This document shows, one piece after another, positions 53,001-61,029 of a stretch of DNA of 64,000 nucleotides. Position 1 is the stretch's first letter; every line of letters begins with the position of its first letter. The translations under genes were made by a program, and so were the position numbers. The stretch is from NCBI GenBank assembly GCA_946402905.1, contig CAMIYC010000005.1, positions 46,042 through 110,041 on the forward strand, read 5' to 3'. The stretch is from an uncultured Prevotellaceae bacterium (GTDB lineage Bacteria > Bacteroidota > Bacteroidia > Bacteroidales > Bacteroidaceae). Under the pieces are notes generated by a model. That model made no database searches. It saw only the letters and a program-made list of their open reading frames with translations, and was not told the origin of the DNA.

Positions 53001-56000
53001 CCCTTAGTGGGCACGGGTATCAGCAATCTGTCCTTTGGGCTGGGGATGGAGAAACCTTTTGGCGGCGGCAATCCTACTGGGAATCAACCTCTAGAGTATG
53101 ATAATGGAGAAGGAAGCCACTATGAGATTAATTTCAAGGTCTTCTCGACAGGTCTTTATCTAACCGTCAGACCCATCATGTCGCTCGACTACAACTACAA
53201 CTATGGCATGACGGAAAGTAACACCAAGAAGATAGGATTCACGCTGGCACCGAGCCGAAACTCCAACCTCGTGGTAGATGTCTATCGCACCACCATGGAC
53301 ATGGCAGAACTCGACGCACGCGTCGACTCGATGGAGGCTCACGGCTACAAAAACGCCAAAGACTACTTCTTCCAGTATACCACCGATGAGTACTTAGAGT
53401 ATGTGCGGCACGGAGGCGAGAAGGGAGATTATGGCAAGGCAGGCTCGCTCGACGGCTTGTGTTCCTACCTGAAAAATCTCCCTACGCAGTATCGAAGCTT
53501 CGTCTACCGCACACGTGGCGGTGCCACCTGCCAGCCCTATGAGGACGAGCGCAGGGCGAAATACTACGGTCAGGGGCAGGTGCTCGACGTGAAGACCGTG
53601 CCCATCGACAACCTGCACATCTGGGCCGACCAGGCAGCGGTGAGCAACGTGCCCTTCGACGAGCCCGCGCGCTTCACCATACACATGGCCAACGAGAGCG
53701 AGATGCCGGCCATGATGAACTCGGCCTTCAGCTATTTCCTCGACGACTCCACCAACCCCAAGGGAGCAAAGGTGCAAGTGGAGGGCAACCCCCTCTCCGG
53801 ACAGGGCTACAGCGTGTTCCTGCGCGCGGGAGAAGTGGTGACCAAGGAGGTGGAAATCTATCCGAGCAGCGAGTTCGACTACGAGAATATCGCCATCAGC
53901 CTCTTTGACCCCAACGACAAGGCACGTGTACAGAGCGTCAATCTCTCGGCACACTTCGTGCCCGCCGCCGGCAAGGTGAACATCTCGCTGCCCGGCGACA
54001 AGTGGGTGGTCAACACCGAGTCGCAGTATGACGCCGAGCGGCAGCAGTATTACATGCCCGTGCGCATCGACGGCTTCGACGTCAACTACCGCAACTTCGA
54101 CCACATCGAGCTGCAGTACAAGCTCTCGACCAAGGGCGACAAAGACTGGGTGAACGTATGCTCCTTCTACAAAGACTCGACGCTCCTGGCAAAGGCCACC
54201 GGAGAATGCAAGTATATCGAGGACGACGGGCACATCATCGCCAGCTTCTACGGCGAGAGCGACCCCGTGGAGCAGCAGTATGACCTGCGTGCCGTGAACT
54301 ACTGCCGCTATGGCGGCGGCTACCTGACCCGCTCGTCGAACATCCTCACCGGCGTGAAGGACACGCGCCGGCCGCAGCTCTTCGGCAACCCGAGGCCCGA
54401 GGACGGCATCCTCGACATCGGCGAAGACATCATGCTGCGTTTCTCGGAGCCTATTGCCGGCAACTACCTGCGCGACCTGAACAACTTCCAGGTGCTGGGT
54501 CAGACCAACTCGAGCAACATCTCGCTGTCAACCTGCCTGCGATTCAACGGTCGACAGTTGGCATGGTCGAAGTCGACGCGCAACTTGGGAGGCAAGTCAT
54601 TCACTGTCGACCTGATGGTGAAACCCGACCACAATGGCAAGAGCATGACTTTCTTCAGCCATGGAGCCGACACCACCGCCATTGAGCTCGGCATCTCGGC
54701 CGACCGACGGCTGATGGCCGCCATCGGCAACGAGGTCTATTACTCCACCGACACGGTGACCTTCGGCGCGCTGCATCAGGTGGAATATGTGCTGGACGCC
54801 GATGTCGACGCACGGAAGACCACTGTGAGCTTCTACGACGGGTCGAAGCATATCGGAAGCTTCGAGTATCCCGGGCTCTATCTGGGAACAGGATATTTCT
54901 ACCTGGGGGGAGGCTTGCACAATTTGAAACATAGCGCCGAAAACTATGAGGGCGAGATGCTGGAGTTCAGACTCTGGAACCGCGCGCTCTCCGTGGGCGA
55001 GATGAACGAATACCGCCAGAAGCGCCTGACCGGCTATGAGCTGGGACTGCTCGACAACTTCCCGCTCAACGAGGGACAGGGCGGCTACAGCTACAACACG
55101 GTGAGAAGCGGCGGCGACCTGTCTGTGATAGCCGCCGAATGGAATGTGCCCGACGGCATCGCCATGACGCTCGACGGAGAGCGCGGCTTCCGCATCGAGC
55201 CGCAGCAGTTCAGCCGCGCCGACTATCACGACTATACGATGACCTTCTGGTTCCGCACCGGCGACAGTGAGGGCACGCTCCTGAGCAACGGACAGGCACA
55301 GGACGAGGTCGGCTATCAGAATCACTTCAACTTCGGCGTGAGCAACGGCGCGCTGACACTGCGACTGGGAGGCCGCGAAATTTCCACCGGCGCGACCGTG
55401 AACGATGGTGCATGGCACCATGTGGCACTGACCGTGAGCCGCTCACTCAACGTGGGCAATCTCTATGTGGACAAAATGCTCAAGAAGACGTTTGCCGTCG
55501 ACACCCTGGGCGGCATCAGCGGCAGATACCTCGCCGCGGGAGCCACTTATCTCGGCGAAAACCAGGTGGAGCGGCCCATCAACGGCCATATCGACGAAAT
55601 CGCCATGTATGAGATGGCCTTGCCTGAGAACATGATCAATGCATCGGCCTCGATCAGCCTCAGTGGTGAGGAACTGGGCCTGCTCGCATATCTTGGCTTC
55701 GGACAAAGCGAGACGCAGAGCACCAACCAGCAACGGCTGATGCCTACGGGCGTGAGCCTGAAACGCTACCGCGACGACACCACCGGCGAGTGGACCAACC
55801 AGCGCGACACACTGGTGGCACAGGAGGTGGTGGAGCGGCTCGCCTCGCGCCAGCACTACGCCCCCATGAGCGGCAGCGTGGCACTGGAGAATATCAAATA
55901 CAGTTTCGTGGCCGACGGCAAAGACCTGCTCATCAACCTCGACGTGCCTGACTATTCAATAGAGAAGACCAATCTCATCGTGACGGTCAAGGACGTGGCC

Positions 56001-57773
56001 GACCTGAACGGCAACCTCCTGGCATCGCCCGTGACGATGGACCTCTATGTATACCGCAACCCGCTGCGGTGGAACGTGAAGCAGATCACCACCGATGTCC
56101 ATTATGGGACAGAGAAGACCATCGAGGCCAGCGTGGTGAACCAGAGTGGCAGGAGCTGCCGATACACCATCGAGGGACTGCCCGTGTGGCTGACCGCCTC
56201 GCACACCAGTGGCACCGTCGACCCGTTGGGCGAGCAGCCCATCACTTTCACCGTATCACCGTATGTCAACATCGGCAATTACGACGAGGTGGTATATATC
56301 GTGAAGGAAGACGGTATGACAGAGCCGCTGCCTCTCAATATCAAGGTGCGTGGCGAAAAGCCCGACTGGGCAGTGGATGCGAACCTGCTGCAGACGAATA
56401 TCTCCATGAGTATTATCGGACAGGTGGACGTGGGCGGCAACATCGCTCACGACAGTGAGGACATGTTGGCCGCCTTCGACGAGGAGCACCGGCTCATGGG
56501 CGTGGCACATCTCTCGGGCGAGGGCAATGGCCTGGTCAATGACGGCCTGGCATACCTCACGGTATACAATGCAGACTTCTCGGCCACACCGCTCTACTTC
56601 GAGTTCTTCGACGCCTCTACGGGGGTCATCCATCAGATGATGCCGTCTGTGGATATCGTCTTCCAAAACGATACGGTGATCGGAACAACGCAGGATCCGG
56701 TGTTCTTCGAATGCAACAACGGCGTGGTGCAGGCCGTGCCGCTGAAGCAGGGATGGAACTGGGTGTCGTTTAATGTGTATTTCGATAGTGGAAAAGTGCG
56801 CACTCTGCTCAACAACGCCACACGGTGGCAGGTGGGAGACGCACTGGAAATAGAGCAGCCAGACGGCAGCTTCAGCCTGCTGACCTACAAGGCGACCCAG
56901 AATCCTTATGACGCTACCACACCGCTGTATACCTGGGACTGCGCCGACACCGTCATCAGCATCCGTCCCAACAAGATGTACCGATTCTACTCTACCAATG
57001 ACAAAATCGGTTATTTCAAGGGATACGACGACTTCTCCTATATCGAGGTCAATAAGGGATGGAATCGCATCGGCTACGTCTCCAAAATAAACCTGCCTTT
57101 GGGCACGGCCATGGCACTGTATGCCGATATGGGACAACCAGGCGATGTCATCAAGAGCCAGAGCCAGTTTGCCGTCCTCTCCGAGGATGCCGGTGGCAAC
57201 AGGATCTGGAAAGGCACGCTGACCTTCCTGAGGGTGGGAGAGGGCTACATGCTCAAGAGCGGCAGCGATGACACGCTCACCTTCACCTATCCCAACTACC
57301 TGACGGCATCACGCTACAGCGGCGAACCACTCAACGCCCCGGCCCATGTGAACATCAGCGGTACCAACATGACCGTGGTGGCTGTGGCAGAAGGTGCTGA
57401 GGTGCTGCCGGGCGACCGCCTCGTGGCATACCGCGGAGCAGAGATCTGCGGTGTGGCGGAGGCTGACGAAGAGGGTGTGTTCTACCTGGTGGTAGGCGGC
57501 AGCAATGCCGCGCCTGGCGAGATGGACTCAGCGGCACTCACCTTCACCCTGGAGCGTGACGATGAGGTGCAGGCCGTGACCACCAGCCGACAGCTGAACT
57601 ACAGGGTGAACGACGCGCTCGGCACCCCCGACGCGCCCACCGTCATCAGCTTCCTGCCTGTCGATGAGATGGACGCCGACGGCTGGTACAACCTTAGCGG
57701 CGTGAAACTCAACAAGCGCCCCAGCCAGCGTGGCGTATATATCCACAATCATGAAAAAGTAACAATCAAATGA
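47034..57773 (+). CDS. 3579-aa T9SS-secreted surface protein with GLUG-motif modules, FN3-like and CarboxypepD_reg-like domains and two LamG/ConA-like domains
   Basis: Two GLUG-type modules: ..YTGTFDGNGHTLTV..FTGGLIGH.. and ..YRGTFDGNGHTLTM..HSGGLVA.. (about 48350-49750). LamG-like regions: ..EMLEFRLWNRALS.. and ..DGAWHHVALTVSR..IDEIAMYEMAL.. (about 54500-55750). T9SS tail: ..GWYNLSGVKLNKRPSQRGVYIHNHEKVTIK. Confidence 0.8.
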   Translation: MCSDFLTKQGRRPRARLLSAFLLVLVSMAVPQRMLADENENTSLYMVSVAGLDQLKFEMPVYDDAGYDGWIDDGNVYVTPEGGIKQTLLHYHSKGKSDPTPTVWFYKSVGGTMTLRRDRNYSDIAVTTSEQSAKIPFQEGATNNVCKLYLTWTVPASMRGKTLTISWSVHKTGNQTESSKNVNITPTTCSFPAIPGLIQPMMMDPMLGFDADHAGESMLIYTMASSDIKSIKAYYTEVNGSNETRRVKYLDSEMSGSLTLDATKCYKDVYIQARYVDSEDKERVSESDHIPMPTLHQPHDLTAVMQDDGTVNLTWKCRNIEWHDINTNDSWDIQRNTSGALNADSQWMTIGQLTYADTDTLYAFVDNTLASNYQGSTVYYRVRRASTSAWNWREGTYAQTQLPYLLRLPAVKQATVTRGTWNDLGHPVDFAFELGGAEYDQQGRFVLRTVADWEKLAQLVNTTTPLDVVMAADIDLGDSKTMIGATARAYTGTFDGNGHTLTVHYADDAHQYVAPFYHTLDATFTNLHVTGTIDAKMKFTGGLIGHAEGKTIISNCRSSVVLTHQITGDASSGGFIAHQPSGTPQIEDCLFDGSLIGPKAHSFGGFIGWSEADPVIKNSLFAPCKVDIDPAFTSCRNFARSRTKQTIENCRYQTSIEGMETDARGYYVLRNAEDWDKFRQKVVDANGDSDVNAILANDFVAIYSIGFRNGTPYRGTFDGNGHTLTMNINSPGVEFIAPFSRVKNATIKNVTIRGTIKGGMHSGGLVATAQDGSTNYIENCHVAADIITSGHFAGGIMGHASSAKNYIRNCLFDGTITDNDFVTRSFAGGILGWGNTENNVIENCLEDGTYINFNHVGMNFAYHQGYTDSGKPFGGTNCWTTKNWDVANQVGTLTSDELAKKLGTANWQPFGLIAVPRQTTTELYQGSNAQSLSPSQLTEALGNHWEDCGMYPTPRFTTSLKTEHAATLWDERAVLALVVEKSVNGKVRYTERRELSEDELKAGKLHYDLVTSCVEHDFRLKVERGRSQLEPLDTLAMAVRKTETGEQARYEFNNNVKVDSLVCTTKQSTVELTWKVTGVGEYFRILRRDRETEVEETLESAYTLNTYVDKTPKAQHIYDYTVEGVTNCEGPQVSRTSAAGWCKPTGMVRGYVRLTDGTGLGHVKVTAEPDAATKEQGGQARSTVTDDMGFFVIDSLIYQGQGTYIVTAENTGEEGGYTSFYANFSEDCNLVTNARVVMNTYYLLSGYVMYEGTSVPVIGAQFERDGELVHNGSGKPVITDSQGKFSVSLPAGPHSIRVVKDGHVFADGGFYVDPDAADTTHPSWQKSVAGYVFWDQTRVMLQGRVAGGNEQGDKPLGQLMSQNNLGDSLTIVMQLEGDNASWLVRDQLNPGVKELHTDYLFGVNQLDSCHMDTYRQRLVVKPSPVTGEYCVPMLPVKYKVTEIYAEGYATLFQTGEVGQTLDLSDYVQGDTATYSRIYHAVPTLSVNQFNLTGQSYLGIPSYTDMDNTGKQVTIELWNDSTDTYSFGYPVFMAGSPIIMTMAAVEKYYYNNNVKLAEPDIVHLSGGEVRISNALIGTDETETLELDSLGEGIYRFTPQNLTFTEEGDLALKTLTMTLLYDGTYYDVLPINGEPLRGYVMASKAKSMGRRVVNDGGTYLIDILRDPPGAGSSAFLETGTKLNYTFSQNVKAQAGVKFAIGGSEGESNMWHGLFFGTGYGDVVGGTEVNVSKKDYVNFSVVFTYYNSWQYGYSFETTERISTSSSSMTVGRDADVFIGMTQSSILEDAIAVRAIDEDTYNMLTTHQGGTYTTADGVDFNVKQGTMKVLAQGEDSKGQKVYLVRDEVLRFYTELKNTFVHSQTYIEKELIPELFNLRNALILPMGTSEADAKAVAKTKGCAVYISKVAIDNKFFGVSADYYTQVNPDDSYHTDSIAAINDKINTWIGFLATNEKEKLRATDLVKRYEVDGRSSVSYTETFGTSSTESRYFQIPLVGTGISNLSFGLGMEKPFGGGNPTGNQPLEYDNGEGSHYEINFKVFSTGLYLTVRPIMSLDYNYNYGMTESNTKKIGFTLAPSRNSNLVVDVYRTTMDMAELDARVDSMEAHGYKNAKDYFFQYTTDEYLEYVRHGGEKGDYGKAGSLDGLCSYLKNLPTQYRSFVYRTRGGATCQPYEDERRAKYYGQGQVLDVKTVPIDNLHIWADQAAVSNVPFDEPARFTIHMANESEMPAMMNSAFSYFLDDSTNPKGAKVQVEGNPLSGQGYSVFLRAGEVVTKEVEIYPSSEFDYENIAISLFDPNDKARVQSVNLSAHFVPAAGKVNISLPGDKWVVNTESQYDAERQQYYMPVRIDGFDVNYRNFDHIELQYKLSTKGDKDWVNVCSFYKDSTLLAKATGECKYIEDDGHIIASFYGESDPVEQQYDLRAVNYCRYGGGYLTRSSNILTGVKDTRRPQLFGNPRPEDGILDIGEDIMLRFSEPIAGNYLRDLNNFQVLGQTNSSNISLSTCLRFNGRQLAWSKSTRNLGGKSFTVDLMVKPDHNGKSMTFFSHGADTTAIELGISADRRLMAAIGNEVYYSTDTVTFGALHQVEYVLDADVDARKTTVSFYDGSKHIGSFEYPGLYLGTGYFYLGGGLHNLKHSAENYEGEMLEFRLWNRALSVGEMNEYRQKRLTGYELGLLDNFPLNEGQGGYSYNTVRSGGDLSVIAAEWNVPDGIAMTLDGERGFRIEPQQFSRADYHDYTMTFWFRTGDSEGTLLSNGQAQDEVGYQNHFNFGVSNGALTLRLGGREISTGATVNDGAWHHVALTVSRSLNVGNLYVDKMLKKTFAVDTLGGISGRYLAAGATYLGENQVERPINGHIDEIAMYEMALPENMINASASISLSGEELGLLAYLGFGQSETQSTNQQRLMPTGVSLKRYRDDTTGEWTNQRDTLVAQEVVERLASRQHYAPMSGSVALENIKYSFVADGKDLLINLDVPDYSIEKTNLIVTVKDVADLNGNLLASPVTMDLYVYRNPLRWNVKQITTDVHYGTEKTIEASVVNQSGRSCRYTIEGLPVWLTASHTSGTVDPLGEQPITFTVSPYVNIGNYDEVVYIVKEDGMTEPLPLNIKVRGEKPDWAVDANLLQTNISMSIIGQVDVGGNIAHDSEDMLAAFDEEHRLMGVAHLSGEGNGLVNDGLAYLTVYNADFSATPLYFEFFDASTGVIHQMMPSVDIVFQNDTVIGTTQDPVFFECNNGVVQAVPLKQGWNWVSFNVYFDSGKVRTLLNNATRWQVGDALEIEQPDGSFSLLTYKATQNPYDATTPLYTWDCADTVISIRPNKMYRFYSTNDKIGYFKGYDDFSYIEVNKGWNRIGYVSKINLPLGTAMALYADMGQPGDVIKSQSQFAVLSEDAGGNRIWKGTLTFLRVGEGYMLKSGSDDTLTFTYPNYLTASRYSGEPLNAPAHVNISGTNMTVVAVAEGAEVLPGDRLVAYRGAEICGVAEADEEGVFYLVVGGSNAAPGEMDSAALTFTLERDDEVQAVTTSRQLNYRVNDALGTPDAPTVISFLPVDEMDADGWYNLSGVKLNKRPSQRGVYIHNHEKVTIK

Positions 57774-58273
57774 TGATGTATAAAAAATTCTTTCCGATAC
57801 TCATGCTCGCAGCCCTCGCCTTCATGGCGGGGGCATGCGGCTCGGACGACGATACCGACGACGGCGGCGGCAACAAGGAACCGGAACCTACAGTTTACGA
57901 ATACCTGACCCCGGGCAGTGACCAGCGCCCCGACTGGAAAGCCCCGGACTATACGCTCTATGGCGGTATCACCATGGCCGTGCAGGTGCAGCTGGGCGAC
58001 ACGCTCGCCTACTACCAGAGCGGTGGCGATCTGATGTGCGCCAAGATCGATGGCGAGGTGAGGGCCGTGACCCCACCGCAGGCCACGGGCGGGGTGACCT
58101 ACTACCCGCTGAGCATCGCGGGCGACGGCACTAACATGGCGGTGAGCCTCCACTACTACTGCGACCAGCTGCACCGCCTCTTCACCATCAACAACTGGGC
58201 GGTCTTCGACCCCTCTGCCAAGCCTACGGGCGAGAACAGCATGTACCGCCCGCGTTTCACATCCAGCTATTAA
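57770..58273 (+). CDS. Hypothetical lipoprotein, translationally coupled to the giant gene
   Basis: The ATGA overlap spans the giant gene's stop. The lipobox is LAFMAGAC, followed by GSDDDTDDGGG. Confidence 0.65.
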   Translation: MMMYKKFFPILMLAALAFMAGACGSDDDTDDGGGNKEPEPTVYEYLTPGSDQRPDWKAPDYTLYGGITMAVQVQLGDTLAYYQSGGDLMCAKIDGEVRAVTPPQATGGVTYYPLSIAGDGTNMAVSLHYYCDQLHRLFTINNWAVFDPSAKPTGENSMYRPRFTSSY

Positions 58274-58276
58274 GAC

Positions 58277-59173
58277 ATGAGAAGATTCGTTTTTATCGTG
58301 GTGATGGCAGTGACGTGCGCGATGCTCACCAGCTGCCGTGAAAAAACACAAAAAGGCGTGACGGGTGGACAGGACACTATCACGCAGACCTTTTTCAACG
58401 GCAGCGACGCCGCTACGGTCAGCAAGAAAACAGCCAAACGGCCCAAGGGGATGGAGATACCGGCTCCGATGGAGAACACTCCCGAACAGCTGCTCCGCCG
58501 CGACGGCTATGTCGTGTCGTACAACAAAGATCGCAAGATACCCAACTGGGTGGCGTGGCACCTCACCGCAGCCCATACGAATGGCAGCAGCCAGCGCGAC
58601 AACATGATGTTTGAGGAGGACGACGACGTGCCCTATCCCCGTGCCACTGACAACGACTACTATAACTCACGCTACGACCGCGGACACATGTGCCCGGCGG
58701 GCGACAATAAGTGGGACCGCCGGGCACAGATGCAGACGTTTCTCTTCTCCAATGTCTGTCCGCAGAACCACGGCCTCAACAAGGGTGACTGGAACGACCT
58801 GGAGATACAGTGCCGATACTGGGCCAGATCGCTGGGTGACATCTACATTGTGACGGGACCGGTGTTTTACAACGGTGTGCAGAATACGATCGGGCACAAC
58901 CGGGTGGCCGTGCCCGACGCTTTCTTCAAGGTGCTGCTCTGCGACCGCGGCAAGGCCAAAGCCATCGGCTTCATCTACCCCAACAGGGGAGGGCACAAGA
59001 AAATGAAGGAGTATGTGCGGAGCGTGGATGACATTGAGCGTATCACCGGCATCGACTTCTTCCCGACCCTCGACGACAGGGTGGAAAACCTGGTGGAGGC
59101 GGCTGATGAAGACGACATGATAGACGACTGGCAAGTGTATAAAGCAAAATCATACCGGAATTATTCAAAATGA
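58277..59173 (+). CDS. Secreted DNA/RNA non-specific endonuclease (Endonuclease_NS / NucA family) lipoprotein
   Basis: Lipobox MLTSC. Active-site motifs DRGHMCPAGD and SNVCPQNHGLNKGDWNDLE. Confidence 0.85.
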   Translation: MRRFVFIVVMAVTCAMLTSCREKTQKGVTGGQDTITQTFFNGSDAATVSKKTAKRPKGMEIPAPMENTPEQLLRRDGYVVSYNKDRKIPNWVAWHLTAAHTNGSSQRDNMMFEEDDDVPYPRATDNDYYNSRYDRGHMCPAGDNKWDRRAQMQTFLFSNVCPQNHGLNKGDWNDLEIQCRYWARSLGDIYIVTGPVFYNGVQNTIGHNRVAVPDAFFKVLLCDRGKAKAIGFIYPNRGGHKKMKEYVRSVDDIERITGIDFFPTLDDRVENLVEAADEDDMIDDWQVYKAKSYRNYSK

Positions 59174-59207
59174 AAGCGAAAAATTTCATCATTTGAAAAA
59201 AAAGCAT

Positions 59208-59215
59208 TAACTTTG
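59208..59215 (+). promoter_or_regulatory. -7 box TAacTTTG
   Basis: 26 bp upstream of the GTG at 59241. Confidence 0.45.
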
Positions 59216-59240
59216 CACTTCAAACCAAAGCTGAATAAGC

Positions 59241-60026
59241 GTGAAAATAAAGGAAGTGGTGAATGCCCTTGAACGATTCGCGCCTCTGCCCTTGCAGGAA
59301 GACTTCGACAATGCCGGCCTGCAAGTAGGACTGACAGAGACGGAAGTATCAGGGGCATTATTGTGTCTTGACGTGACAGAGAAAGTGCTCGACGAAGCGA
59401 TTGCACTGGGCTGCAACCTGGTGGTGTCGCACCATCCGCTGGTGTTCCGGCCACTGAAGAGAGTGACGGATTCCAACTACGTGCAGCGATGCGTGATGAA
59501 GGCCATCAAAAACGACATCACCATCGTGTCGATGCACACCAACATGGACAATGCGCTGGAGGGCGTCAACTTCAAGATTGCCGAGAAGATGCAGCTGCGG
59601 CAACCCCGGTTTTTCGCACCGAAGAGCGTGGGCGAACTGCAGGGCGGCAGCGGTGTGGTGGGCGAACTGCCGGAGGCCATGAGCGCCGCAGACTTCATCA
59701 GTATGCTGAAGACCACCTTCGACGTGGCATGCGTGCAGGCCAACCAACTGCTCAGCCGGGAAATACGGCGGGTGGCCATCTGCGGTGGGGCAGGGGCTTT
59801 CCTGCTCGGCGACGCAATCAGAGAGGGAGCCGACGCCTTCGTGACCGGCGAGATGCACTATCACGACTTCTTCGACCATGAGCAGGAGGTGCAGATCTGC
59901 GTGATCGGACACTACCAGAGCGAACAGTATACAAAAGAAATATTCCAATCCATTATCGAGGAGCAGTGTGAGGGGGTGAGATGCTGTCTCAGTTCCGTCA
60001 ACACCAATCCCATCAATTATTTATAA
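59241..60026 (+). CDS. Nif3-like dinuclear metal centre protein (GTP cyclohydrolase 1 type 2 homolog)
   Basis: ..ALERFAPLPLQEDFDNAGLQVG..NLVVSHHPLVFRPLK..TGEMHYHDFF.. GTG start. Confidence 0.8.
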   Translation: MKIKEVVNALERFAPLPLQEDFDNAGLQVGLTETEVSGALLCLDVTEKVLDEAIALGCNLVVSHHPLVFRPLKRVTDSNYVQRCVMKAIKNDITIVSMHTNMDNALEGVNFKIAEKMQLRQPRFFAPKSVGELQGGSGVVGELPEAMSAADFISMLKTTFDVACVQANQLLSREIRRVAICGGAGAFLLGDAIREGADAFVTGEMHYHDFFDHEQEVQICVIGHYQSEQYTKEIFQSIIEEQCEGVRCCLSSVNTNPINYL

Positions 60027-60031
60027 TTTTT

Positions 60032-60859
60032 ATGGCAAAAAAAGATCCTACAGAAATGTCAGTTGAGGACAAGCTGAAAGCATTGTACCAACTGCAGACC
60101 ACACTCTCGGCCATCGACGAGAAAAGAGCACTGAGAGGCGAGCTGCCTCTGGAAGTCCAAGACCTGGAAGACGAAATCGAGGGCCTCTCTACACGCATTG
60201 AGAAGATACAAAACGAGATCGACGAATTCCGTACGGCCATCGCACAGAAAAAAGCTGATATCGAAGAGGCTGAGGCCAGCGTGGCACGCTACCAGAACCA
60301 GCTCAACGATGTGAAGAACAACCGCGAGTATGACATGCTCAACAAGGAGATAGAGTTTCAGTCGCTGGAGATCGAGCTTTGCAACAAGAAAATACGCGAG
60401 GCACTGGCACGTATCGACGAGCGCACCGTGGTGCTGGAGCAGAACCAGGAGCAGGTGAGAGACCGCCGGGTGGCCCTGGAAGAGAAAAAGGACGAGCTCG
60501 ACGAGATCATGCAGGAAACCCGCGAGGAGGAGGAAAAACTAAAGGAGAAGGCCCGGGAGCTGGAGCTGAAGATCGAGCCGAGACTGCTGATGAGCTTCAA
60601 GCGTATACGCAAGAATGCCCGCAACGGACTGGGTGTGGTATACGTGCAGCGTGACGCCTGCGGCGGATGCTTCAACAAGATACCCCCACAGCGTCAGCTC
60701 GACATCAAGATGCACAAGAAGATCATCGTATGCGAGTATTGCGGACGTATCATGATCGACCCCGAACTGGCCGGCGTGAACACTGCAGTGGCTGAAGAGA
60801 AACCCAAGGCCAAGCGCGCTTCCCGCAGCCGCAAAAAAGCGGAAGAGACAGAGGACTAA
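60032..60859 (+). CDS. Coiled-coil protein with a C4 zinc ribbon (COG1579 / zf-RING_7 type)
   Basis: Long heptad region followed by CGGCFNKIPPQ..VCEYCGRIM. This is the usual downstream partner of NIF3. Confidence 0.75.
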   Translation: MAKKDPTEMSVEDKLKALYQLQTTLSAIDEKRALRGELPLEVQDLEDEIEGLSTRIEKIQNEIDEFRTAIAQKKADIEEAEASVARYQNQLNDVKNNREYDMLNKEIEFQSLEIELCNKKIREALARIDERTVVLEQNQEQVRDRRVALEEKKDELDEIMQETREEEEKLKEKARELELKIEPRLLMSFKRIRKNARNGLGVVYVQRDACGGCFNKIPPQRQLDIKMHKKIIVCEYCGRIMIDPELAGVNTAVAEEKPKAKRASRSRKKAEETED

Positions 60860-60884
60860 GGAGGGGCAGCCCCATTTTGCGAAG

Positions 60885-60927
60885 GAGCATCCTAACACTT
60901 TGGTGTCGGATGCTCTTTCGCTTTTTT
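60885..60927 (+). terminator. Rho-independent terminator
   Basis: gagcatcc..ggatgctc stem with inner acac/gtgt pairing, followed by tttcgctttttt. Confidence 0.65.
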
Positions 60928-60969
60928 GTCAAAAAATCATAATATTTTTGATATGTGGGATTTTTTGCT

Positions 60970-60977
60970 TATTTTTG
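60970..60977 (+). promoter_or_regulatory. -7 box TAttTTTG
   Basis: About 55 bp upstream of the ATG at 61030. Confidence 0.4.
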
Positions 60978-61029
60978 TCGAATTAAAGGAAAACACTTAA
61001 ATTAATTGTCAAACTAAAGCAAATACCGA

